A DNA stretch of 64,000 nucleotides. Source: an uncultured Planctomycetota bacterium. Lineage in GTDB: Bacteria; Planctomycetota; Planctomycetia; Isosphaerales; Isosphaeraceae. Below are positions 52,884 to 64,000 of this stretch, piece after piece. The notes beneath the pieces were generated by a model. It ran no database searches, was not told the origin of the DNA, and saw only the letters and a list, made by a program, of their open reading frames with translations. The stretch spans positions 864,001 through 928,000 of the forward strand of contig CAVTTN010000002.1 in assembly GCA_963737655.1 (NCBI GenBank), written 5' to 3'. Made by a program: the position numbers and the translations under genes. How positions within the stretch are numbered: the first letter of the stretch is position 1; the number at the start of each line of letters is the position of its first letter.

Positions 52884-55800
52884 ATGGTCCAGTCCGGTCG
52901 GTGGCGGTTGGCGAGGGGATGGATTCTGGCGGCGGCCCTGGGGGGCTCGCCGTCCCGGGGGTATTCGCCCAGAATCCGGCCGGCGGGCGGCGGTTCTACG
53001 CCGATACCAGCTACGCGGCCGAGACCCTCCTCCGCAAGGCGGCCGGACACGTCCGGGATGGGCAGTGGGCGGAGGCGATCGACCTCTACCAGCGCGTCCT
53101 CCAGGGGGAAGACGCGCGGGCGGACGTGTCCAAGGCGGGCGGCGAAGCGGCCCCCGAGCGGGATTTCGAGCTGGCCGTCGATGCCCGCCAGCATGCCCAG
53201 GCGAGGCTGGCCGCGATGCCTCCCGAAGCCCGGGCGCTGTATCGGTCGCGGGTCGACGCCCAGGCCGAGCGGCTCTATCGCCAGGGGGCCGCCGATCGCG
53301 ACCGGGCGACCCTCCAGAAGGTGGTCGATTCGGCGTTCGCCTCGTCCTGGGGAGACGACGCGCTGGACCTCCTCGGCGACATCGCCTTCCAGGACGGCCA
53401 GTTCGGCGAGGCGCTGGCGACCTATCGGCGAATCCTCCCCGACGGCCCGGCCGGGGCCTCCGGCCTGGTCTATCCCGACCCCGACGTGGACCTGGCCCGG
53501 GTCTGGGCCAAGAAGCTGCTGTGCCGGGCGGCCCTGGGGGCCGATCCGCCCTCGAAGGCGGATTTCGAGGCGTTCGCGGCGCTGTATCCCGAGGCCAAGG
53601 GCCGATTCGCCGGCCGGACCGGCCCGCTGATCGACAGCCTGAAGGCGGCGATCTCGCGGGACGGCCTGGCCCTTCCGCCCCAGAGCGACGGCCGATGGCC
53701 GACCTTCGCGGGCTCGCCGTCGCGAGACCGGATCGCCCCGGGCCCGATCGACATCGGCCAGTTCCAGTGGCGGGTGAAGCTCGACCCGCCCCCTCCGCCC
53801 CGGCCGATGCCCGGGATGAATCGGTTCGGCGGGATGACGCCGATGAACAACATCGCCCAGACGCCCGAGGCGGGCCTGGCGTATTTCCCGATCGTCCTGG
53901 GGGACCAGGTGATCGTCTGCGACGAGTCGCGGGTCGTCTCCTACCACCTGAACGCCCGGCCCAACGCGCCCGACGCCGGCCCGAGCGAGTCGGTCTTCTT
54001 CTGGGACCAGAAGCTCGGCGGGGCCAACGCGACCGTGCCGCCCACCCGGTCCTCGACGGCCCCGCCGCGGTACACGCTGACCGCCGCCGGCGACCGGATC
54101 TACGCGAGGCTCGGCGCCAGCGTCCGCTCGGGCGGATCGAGCACCCTGCTGGCGATCCGCAATACCCGGGAGATCGAAGGCAAGCGGCTCTGGCAGAAGT
54201 CTTCGAGCGATATCCCGCTGCCCAAGCCCCGGCCCGACGCCCGGGACCGCTTCACGGCGGTCTTCGAGGGGACGCCCGTGGCCGACTCGCGGAACGTGTA
54301 CGTGGCGATGACCGAGAGCTCGAACCAGATCAACGTGTTCGTGGCCTCCCTGGACGGCGAGACCGGGGCGCTGCGGTGGATCAAGCAACTGGGGACGGCC
54401 TCGGGCCTGGACCAGTTCGCGATGATGGGCATGCCCTCGGGCCCGGGGGACGTGGGGAACCGCCTCCTTTCGCTCGACGGCCAGACGCTCTACTATCAGA
54501 CGAACCTCGGGGCCCTGGCCGCCCTGGATGCCGAGACCGGGGCGATCCGCTGGCTGTCGATGTATCCGTCGCGCGACCTGTCGGGGCCGAAGCCGGCGAG
54601 GGAAGCCAGCCCGGCCCTGGTCCACGACGGGATGGTGATCATCGCCCCCGAGGACGCCCTGCCGATCTTCGCCTTCGACGCCGCGACCGGCCGCCTGCTG
54701 TGGAAGACCCCGCCGATGCAGGGAATCACCCACCTTCTGGGAGTGGCCAAGGGGCGGCTGATCGCCACGGGCAACCGCGTCTATTCGTTCGACGTGAAGG
54801 ACCCGAACTCCCAGGAAAAAGGCCGGAAATACCGCTACTGGCCCGAGACCGAGATGGAGGGCTACGGCCGGGGGCTCCTGGCCGGCGACTCGATCTACTG
54901 GCCCACCAAGACCGACATCCACGTCCTCGACCAGGCGACCTGCCTGCCGGGAGACCGCGAGCCGATCCGCCTGATGCAGCATTACGGCCAGGGGGGCGGC
55001 AACCTCGCGGCCGGGGACGGCTATCTCGTGATCGCCCAGGCGCGATGCGCTGGTCGTCTTCTGCCAGAACAGCCGGCTGATCGAGCGGTACCGCCAGGAG
55101 ATCGCCAAGGCGCCCGAGACGCCCCTGCCGTACTTCCAGCTGGCGAGGATCGCCGAGGCGACCGGGCAGGACGAGCTCGCCCTGGCGAACCTGGAGGAGG
55201 CGACGCGACGGGCCCGGCCGTCGGACACGATCGACGGCCTCTCGCTCGGGGAAGAAGCCCGGGCCCACGGGTTCCGGCTGTTGATGAGGCTGGCGGTCAA
55301 GGCCGAAGCGAAGAAGGACTGGGCCGAGGCCGCGCTGCGGTTCGAGGCCGCGGGCAAGGCCGCCCCCCTGGATCGCGACCGCCTGGCGGCCCGGCTCCGC
55401 CTGGCCGAGGCGCAGACCCAGGGAGGCGACCGCCGAGGGGCCGTGGCCAGCCTCCAGGCGATCCTCGGCGACGAGAAGCTCCGGGCCCAGCCGGTCAAGT
55501 ACGACGAGCGCTGGACCGTCCGCGCCGACTTGCTGATCGCCGATCGCCTGGACGAAGCCCTCCGCGACGGCGGCCGGGAGCTCTACGAGGAATTCGACCG
55601 GAAGGCGGCCGCGCTGCTGGCCGAAGGGCGGAAGGACCGCTCGGCGAGGCTCCTGGAAGAGGTGGGCCGGGCGTTCCCGGCGGCGAAGGTCGCGCCCGAG
55701 GCCCTGCTCGCCCTGGGCGAGATCCGCGAGGCGGACAACCAGCCGAACGAGGCGGCCCGAGCGTTCAAGAAGCTGCTGAGCCTGGCGACGACGGACCTCA

Positions 55801-57312
55801 TGAAGGCCCGGGCCCTGGTCGGCCTGGGCCGGGCCTACGAGGCCCAGGGGCTCCTGGCCCCGGCCCGAGACGCCTACAGCCAGGCCCAGGCCAAGTTCCC
55901 GGCGCTGCGGCTGGACGAGGCGACCGGGGCGACGGTCGGCTCGCTCGTGGCCGAGAGGCTCGCCGGCGACGGGTTCGCCCGGCTGGCCGGGGACCGCGAC
56001 CGGCCGAGGTTGCCCGTGCCCCTGTCCCGGGTCTGGGAGGCGAAGTGGTCCGGGATGGCCCGGCCGATCGCCGCCGAAGGGGTGCCGCCGTCGGCCGACG
56101 CCGGGCGCGTCTTCCTGGTCGAGCGCGGGTCGATCCGCCCGGTCGATCCGGCGACCGGCCGATCGGCCTGGACGCGGGAGCTGGACGAGGGGCCGACCTG
56201 GGCCGGGTATCTCTCGGGCCGGCTGATCGTGGCCGGGCCGTCGCGAGTGGCGGCGCTGGACCCGGCCTCCGGGGCGGTCCTCTGGCGGTTCCCCGACGAC
56301 GCGGGCAAGCCGGGCAAGCCGTCGGCCAACCCGTTCGCCCGCCCGGCGGGCTCGGCGCCGATGCCCGCGGTCGACCCCTCGGCCGGCAAGATCCACGACG
56401 TGAAGGTCGTCGGCGGCCGGGTGATCTTCCAGAGGGGGGACCGCGAGAACGTCGATCGCGAGGTCCTGGCGCTGGACGGCGACACCGGAGGGATCGCCTG
56501 GACGTATGCCCCGCCCTCGGGCGGGATCAATCCCCACGTCCTGGTCGGGCCCGAGGCGAGTGGTCCTCCAGGTCCTCGGTCCCGAGACGCTGGTGGTTTT
56601 GGACACCGACACCGGCCGCCGCCGCGAGGTGCCGCCCCCCCGGGACGCCAAGGACGAGCCGGCCGCCTCGTGGGTCCGCCCCCCCCTGGCGATCGACGAG
56701 GACCACGCCGTCGTGGCGCTGGACCCCCGGACCGTCGCCTTGCTGGACGTCGCCGCGAGCCTGGCCAAGGGGGAAACCGTCCTGACCTGGACGTACCGGC
56801 TGACGTCGTCCCTGCCTCTGCAAGGCCCCCCTCGGCCGTTCGGGGATGCATCCCGGCTCCTGGTGTTGTATGAAGGCAATGAGCTGGTCCGCCTGAACGC
56901 GGCGACGGGTCGGCCGATCTGGTCTCGGGGGCTGGGCCTGGACGACCTCAGCGAACGTCCCGGGGCCTTCGCGATGGACACCGACCGATTTTTCTGCGCC
57001 TCCGGAGCCACGCTCACCGCCTACTCCCTGAAGGACGGTCAGCCGTCGTGGTCGCGTCCCCTGGTCGGCCCGAGGAACGTGGGCTGGTCCGTGGCCCTGT
57101 CCGAAGGGCACGTGGCGGCCTATCCCAACCCCGGGAGCACGTCCGACGGCTCGCTCGATGACCTCGCGCTGGTGGTCTATCGCAAGGACTCGGGCCGGCT
57201 GGTGCAGAGGCTGGCCTTCCCGGCGAACGTGACCGAGCTGGTCGTCCGCCTCGCGCCCAAGGGGGCGACCGTCGCCACCCAGGCCGGGGCCTGGTCCCTG
57301 GGGGGGCCGTAG
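52884..57312 (+). CDS. Large secreted PQQ-like beta-propeller/TPR protein; apparent frameshifts near 52945, 55045 and 56555
   Basis: Signal peptide; WPTFAGSPSR; repeated LD.ETG...W motifs; TPR-like helices; coding signal continues across four ORFs. Confidence 0.8.
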
Positions 57313-57330
57313 GGTGCATGAAATGCACCA
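57309..57330 (+). repeat. REP family F copy
   Basis: gtagggtgcatgaaatgcacca; GTAG contains the upstream stop codon. Confidence 0.8.
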
Positions 57331-57395
57331 TCAATCCTTGCATTTCTCCCTCTGTCTCGATCCTCCCTCGAAGCCGCATCCATTGAGGAGACCCC

Positions 57396-58479
<1,084 letters not shown>

Positions 58480-59361
58480 CCTCCAGGGCCTGGACCTCCA
58501 GGCCCGGATGGTCGTCGAGGGGTACGTGGCCGGGCTGCACAAGAGCCCGTACCACGGCTTCTCCGTCGAGTTCGCCGAGCACCGCGAATACGTCTCCGGC
58601 GACGACATCCGCCACGTCGACTGGAAGGTCTGGTCCAAGACCGACGCTATTACATCAAGCAATACGAGGAGGAGACCAACCTCCTCACGTACTTGCTCCT
58701 GGATACGTCGGAGAGCATGGGCTACGCCTCCCCGGGCAACGTCACGAAGCTCCAGTACGCGCAGTTCGTCGCCGCGGCCCTGGCCTACATGGTCCTCCAG
58801 CAGCAGGACTCCGTGGGCCTGGCCACGTTCGACGAGCAGGTCCGGCGGTACCTGAGGCCCAGCGGCCAGCCGTCCCACCTGAAGGAGCTGTTCCACCTGA
58901 TGGACGCCACCCCGGCGGGCCAGAAGTCCGACCTCGGGGCGATCTTCCACGACCTGGCCGAGCGATTCAAGAAACGTGGGGTGGTGGTCATCCTCTCCGA
59001 CCTGTTCGACGATCCGGCGAAGATCCTCGGCGGCCTGAAACACTTGCGGCACCGCCGCCACGAGGTCATCGTCTTCCACATCCTCGACCCGGCCGAGATC
59101 GAGTTCCCTTTCCGACAGACCACGCTGTTCAAGGGCCTCGAAGGGCTCCCCGAGATCCTCACCGAGCCCCACGCCCTCCGCCGGGCCTACCAGCAGGAGC
59201 TCGGCGCGTTTTTGGACGAGCTCAAGCGAGGTTGCCAGTCCATCGACATCGATTACGTCCCGCTGCGGACCGACCAGGAGCTGGACGGCCCCCTGGCCAG
59301 CTACCTGGCGTCCCGGTCCATGCGAGTCCGCTGACGAAGCCCCTCCGAGGAAGGCCCGACC

Positions 59362-61576
59362 TTGTATCCTCCTCTCCTTCTCGCCGCGTTCGGCACGCCC
59401 TTGATGCTCTGGGGACTCGCCGGCGCGTCCCTGCCGATCATCATCCACCTGCTCAACCGCCGGAAGTTCCGCGAGGAACCCTGGGCCGCCATGCGGTTCC
59501 TCATGGCGGCGATCCGCAAGAACCAGAAGCGGGTCAAGGTCGAGCAGTGGTTGCTGCTGGCGATCCGCACGCTGATCATCCTGTTCGTCGTCCTGGCGAT
59601 GGCCAAGCCGTTCCTGGAGAGCATGGGGGCCCTGGACCTCCTCGCCGGCCAGAGGCGGCACTGGGTGCTCGTGGTCGATGGGTCGATGAGCATGGATTAT
59701 CGCGACGGCGAGACCACCCGGTTCGATCGCGCCGGGAGATCGCCCGGAGGCTCGTGAAGGACTCGCGACAGGCCGACGCCATCAGCCTCGTCCTGATGGC
59801 CGACCCGCCCAAGGTCATCATCGGGGCGCCGGCCTACAACAAAGAGGCCGTGCTCTCCGAGATCGATGCCCTGACCTTGCCCCACGGCGGGACCGACCTG
59901 CCCGCGACGTTCCGCAAGGTCGACGAGGTGCTCGAGACGTCCAATATCCCGCGCAAGGAGGTCGTCTTCCTGACCGACCTCCAGACCGCGAGCTGGCGGA
60001 GGATCGACCCGAAGGCCGACGACGGACTCAAGAACGCCCTGGCACGCCTGGATGCCAAGAAAGCCCGGTCGCAGGTCATCGACCTCGGCGCCTCGGGCGG
60101 GAAGAACTGGGCGGTCGTGGACCTCGCGCTGGACCCGTCGATCGTGACCGTCGGCGCCCCGGTCGTGGCCAAGGCCACGGTGAAGAACTTCGGCCGGGAG
60201 CCGACCGGCGACCTCCGGGTGAAGCTCTCGGTGGGCGACCAGATCGTCGATGAGAGGCCCCTGAGGCTCGGCGCGGGGGAGGCGGAGACGGTCGCGTTCA
60301 ACATCAACTTCCCGGCCGCCGGGCCGTCGGCCGTGGTGGCGACCGTCGATGACGACGCCCTGAAGCTCGACGATTCGAGGCGCGTCGTCGCCTCGGTCCG
60401 CGAGTCGCTGAACGTCCTGATCGTCGATGGCGACAAGAAGTCCGAGGCGTTCCTCTCGGATTCGGACTTCCTCGCCCAGGCGCTGAACCCCAAGGTCTCC
60501 GACGTCCCCGACGACGCCGAGGGGCCGTGTTCGCCTCGCCGATCCGGGCCGAGGTGGTGGGCGAGGGGCAGCTCGTCGGCCGCGACCTGACGAACTTCGA
60601 CGCCCTGATCCTCTGCAACGTCGGCTCGTTCACCGAGGTCGAGGTGGCGGCGATGGAGGCGTTCCTGAAGCAGGGCGGCGGGATCGTGTTCTTCGGCGGC
60701 GACCAGGTCCAGCCGGAGAATTACAACCGCTTGCTGTTCAAGGACGGCAAGGGCCTCCTGCCGGCGGAGATCGGCCCGATCGTGGGCGACCCGTCGAAGC
60801 AGGAGGCGCCGTTCACGCTCGATCCGCTGGGCTGGAAACACCCGATCGTGGGGGACTTCAACGGGACGACGGCGGGCGTCCAGGCGAGCGTCACCGGGGT
60901 CAAGACCGCGAGGTTCCTCAAGCTGAGGCTGCCCAGGGAGACCAATGCCAAGGTCGCCCTGGCGTTCTCCAACGGCGACCCGGCCGTGATCGAGGCGCCG
61001 AGGGAACGGGGCCGGGTGATCGAGATCGCCACGACGGCCGATCGCGACTGGACGTCATGGCCGATCTACCAGAGCTTCCCGCCGATCATGGAGCAGATCG
61101 TCCTGCTCGCCTCGTCGGGCCGGTTCGAGGAGAAGAACGTGAAGGTGGGCCAGCCGCTCGCCCAGTCGTTCCCGCCGTCGGCCGCCGGGGCGGTGGCGAC
61201 CGTGACCCGGCCCGGGGGCGGGCCCACGGCGGCGGTGAAATTGACCAATGGGAAGGACGTCAGCCAGTTCCGCTACGATGATACCGACAGGTCGGGCCTC
61301 TATCGCGTCTCGGTCGGGCCTCCCCTGAACGTCCAGACGGCGTTCGCCGCCAACCCCGACCCGATCGAGAGCGACCCGGCGAAGCTCACCGAGGCGGGCT
61401 TGAAGGCTTCCGTCCCGGGCTGGAAATTCCTGTACGATAACGATTGGCGAGGGCTGGAGAAGAGCGCGGCGTCGGTCGGGCAGCGAGGGGAGATCCACCG
61501 GCCGTTGCTCTGGGCGGTCCTGGTGTTGTTGATCGTGGAATCGGTGCTGGCGTGGAGGTTCGGGCATCACAGGTAG
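59362..61576 (+). CDS. BatA N-terminal plus VWA domain membrane protein; apparent frameshifts near 59735 and 60525
   Basis: PIIIHLLNRRK, WAAMRFL, MIDAS-like DGSMSM, FLTDLQ, ESD and a C-terminal TM helix. Confidence 0.85.
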
Positions 61577-61695
61577 GGTGCATGAAATGCACCGATCACG
61601 CGTTCGATTTTGCTTCGTCGGGATGGTGGGTTCGACCCGTAGCCGATTGGTGCATTCCATGCACCCTACCCAACGGTGCATTGCATGCACCCTAC
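61573..61695. repeat. REP family F cluster (three copies)
   Basis: Forward copy 61573-61593; reverse copies 61649-61669 and 61675-61695 (ggtgcattNcatgcaccctac). Confidence 0.85.
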
Positions 61696-61708
61696 AGGAT
61701 ACCGCTCG

Positions 61709-64000
61709 ATGGACTGGCTCCTTCGCCGACTGGCCGATCGTCTGGGAGTGGCCCCGGCCCAGCCGGGCGAGGCGATCACCCCCCGGCTTCAGTTCGAGCA
61801 GCCGTGGTCGCAACTCCTGCTGATCGCCGTGGTGCTCGGCTCGGTCGCGCTGGTCGTCTGGCTCTACCGCCGGGAAGGCTCGGCCTCGACGGCGTACAAG
61901 ATGATGCTGGCGGCGATGCGGATCTTCCTGATCCTGCTCGCCATGTTCATGCTCAGCGAGGCGGTGCTGTCGGTCGAGCGGACCGGCCTGCCGTTCTTCA
62001 TCATCATGGCCGACGACTCGGCGAGCTCCGGCGTGATCGACCAGTTCGCCGAGCCGAAGATGCAGGACCGGGCCGCCGAGCTCGCGAAAATCGCCGGCAA
62101 GCCCGAGACCCGCGCCGACCGCCTCTCCGTGGCCGAGGGGCTGCTACTGAAGGACGACGCGAAGTTCATCAAGGAGCTTCAGCGCCAGCATAAGGTCAAG
62201 TTTTACATCGTCTCGAACGCCGCCCGCCCCCTGGCCGAGGTCGACAAGCCGGAGGAGGTGGCGAAGGCCGTCGAGGCGCTCAAGAAGGTCGAGGCCACGG
62301 GAGAGCAGACCCGCCTGGGCGACGGCCTCCGCCAGGTGCTGACCGAGCTCCGAGGGGTCCCGCCCACGGCGGTCCTGCTGATGAGCGACGGCCAGACGAC
62401 CGAGGGGGAACCGCTGGCCAAGGCGGCCGAGCTCGCCAGGCAAAAGGGCGTGCCGATCTTCGCCGTCGGCCTCGGCGACGCCGATCCCGCCAAGGACCTC
62501 GAATTGTCCGACCTGCTCGTCGATGAGGTCGTCTTCGTCGACGACCTGGTGAGGTTCGAGGCCAGGCTCCAGTCGCGAGGGTTCGCCGGCCAGGACGTGA
62601 CCCTGCGCCTCCGCCGCAAGAAGGCCGGCTCCGAGACGTTCGAGGACGTCGAGACCCAGCACGTCACCGCCCCGCCCGACGGCCAGGCCAAGAAGGTCGA
62701 GATCGTCCACCGCCCCCGGGAGACCGGGGAGATCACGTTCGTCCTGGACGTGGAGAAGAAGCCCCGGGAGATCAACGAGGAGAACAACTCGATCACTCGG
62801 GTCGTCAACGTCCGCGAGGAGCGGCTCAAGGTCCTCCTGATCGACGGCGAGCCCCGGTACGAGTTCCGCTATCTGAAGAACTTCCTGGAGCGGGAGAAGA
62901 CGGTCGAGCTGAGCGTGCTCCTGCTCTCCTCCGACGTGGAGTTCGCCGAGCAGGACCCGTTCGCCCTGCCCCGGTTCCCCGAGGCGAAGGAGGGGCCCGA
63001 CGGGCTGTTCTCCTACGACGTGGTGATCCTGGGCGACGCGGACCCGGAGTTCCTCAACGCGGCGCAGATGAAGAACCTCGTCGAGTTCGTCAGCGAGAAG
63101 GGGGGCGGGCTGCTGTTCGTGGCCGGGGAGAACTTCAACCCCCTGGCGTACAAGAGGACGCCCCTGGAACCGCTCCTGCCGATCCAGCTCGCCGACTCCC
63201 GGAACCCGATCGCCGACGGCAAGGCGATCCCGGCGTATCGCCCGGTGCTGACGGCCGAGGGCCGGAACCACCCGATCTTCCGGTTCGGCCGCGACGAGGC
63301 CGACAGCCGGCGGATCTGGGAGACCATGCCCGAGCTCAACTGGTTCTTCGAGGCCACCAAGAAGCAGCCGGCGGCGTTCGTCCTGGCCGTCCACCCGCAG
63401 GTTCGAGGGCAGGACGGGCAGGGGGTGCCGATCATCCTGTACCAGTTCTTCAAGGCCGGCAAGGTCATGATGAACGCGATGGACGACACCTGGCGATGGC
63501 GGTATCGCGTGGGCGACAACGGCCCGTTCGGCCGGTTCTGGATCCAGACGATCCGGTTCCTCGCCCGATCGAAGATGCTGGGGCAGAAGCAGGCGGAAGT
63601 CACCACCGACCGCCGGAGGTACACGAGGAACCAGTCGATCGGCGTGAAGGTCCGGTTCCCGAACCCGGGGATCGCCCCGGCGGGGGAGGTCACGGTCCAG
63701 GTCCAGAAGAAGGGGCAGGGGCCGAGGAAGGCGACCTTGAGGCCCACGCCCGGGGCGAAGAACGTGTTCGAAGGGGTCCTGCCGCCGACGGCCGAGGGGG
63801 AATATGAAGTCCAACTGCTCCCCCCGCCCGTGCTCCAGGGGGCGCTGCCGACGGCGGCGTTCCGCGTCGATCCCCCGGCCGGCGAGCTGGAGCGGGTGCA
63901 GATGAACGAGGCCGAGCTCCGCCGGGCCGCGGAGATCTCCGGCGGCCGGTTCGCCACGCCTCAGAATTTCGACTCGGTGATGAAGGAATTGCCGCCTCCT
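61709..64000 (+). CDS. Membrane-anchored VWA plus glutamine-amidotransferase-like domain protein (runs off the window)
   Basis: Open frame from MDWLLRRLAD; TM helices; DDSASS, LMSDG, PRYEFRYL, YDVVILGD, DTWRWR; absent from the ORF track because there is no stop. Confidence 0.8.
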   Translation, partial: MDWLLRRLADRLGVAPAQPGEAITPRLQFEQPWSQLLLIAVVLGSVALVVWLYRREGSASTAYKMMLAAMRIFLILLAMFMLSEAVLSVERTGLPFFIIMADDSASSGVIDQFAEPKMQDRAAELAKIAGKPETRADRLSVAEGLLLKDDAKFIKELQRQHKVKFYIVSNAARPLAEVDKPEEVAKAVEALKKVEATGEQTRLGDGLRQVLTELRGVPPTAVLLMSDGQTTEGEPLAKAAELARQKGVPIFAVGLGDADPAKDLELSDLLVDEVVFVDDLVRFEARLQSRGFAGQDVTLRLRRKKAGSETFEDVETQHVTAPPDGQAKKVEIVHRPRETGEITFVLDVEKKPREINEENNSITRVVNVREERLKVLLIDGEPRYEFRYLKNFLEREKTVELSVLLLSSDVEFAEQDPFALPRFPEAKEGPDGLFSYDVVILGDADPEFLNAAQMKNLVEFVSEKGGGLLFVAGENFNPLAYKRTPLEPLLPIQLADSRNPIADGKAIPAYRPVLTAEGRNHPIFRFGRDEADSRRIWETMPELNWFFEATKKQPAAFVLAVHPQVRGQDGQGVPIILYQFFKAGKVMMNAMDDTWRWRYRVGDNGPFGRFWIQTIRFLARSKMLGQKQAEVTTDRRRYTRNQSIGVKVRFPNPGIAPAGEVTVQVQKKGQGPRKATLRPTPGAKNVFEGVLPPTAEGEYEVQLLPPPVLQGALPTAAFRVDPPAGELERVQMNEAELRRAAEISGGRFATPQNFDSVMKELPPP

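Noticed and set aside
61573..61695. Mini CRISPR array or tRNA-like element (gggttcgaccc)
   Set aside because: Repeats are in mixed orientation with irregular spacing and match dispersed REP family F; no cloverleaf

Overview
High-GC, gene-dense bacterial chromosomal segment. The gene content (LE.R.(L/V)LS export motifs, DUF1571, DUF3500, several Uma2 genes, a MoxR/DUF58/BatA-VWA operon, a PGNLR-type EF-P) points to Planctomycetota, probably Isosphaeraceae-like; this assignment is an inference. About 53 CDS are supported, plus one IS4-family element with intact ends and an 11-bp target duplication, and at least six families of REP-like palindromes. I saw no rRNA, tRNA or CRISPR. About 17 apparent frameshifts are scattered through otherwise intact genes and are most likely long-read indel errors. 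There are two strong candidates for undescribed biosynthetic systems. (1) 18.9-24.7 kb: KamA-type aminomutase, two non-canonical Ddl-like ATP-grasp ligases, a GNAT, and a hidden GNAT-deacetylase fusion. (2) 41.6-49.4 kb, possibly extending to 36.3 kb: FabZ, atypical ACP, FabZ, inactive KS (Cys>Glu), active KS, hydrolase and a GH3 amide synthetase. Also notable: an EF-hand/ApbE-DUF2271/PepSY-TM flavinylation operon, GTAG-footed REPs that supply gene stop codons, and a 1.1-kb intergenic region with an AT-rich core. Functional calls come from motif recognition by eye, not database searches.
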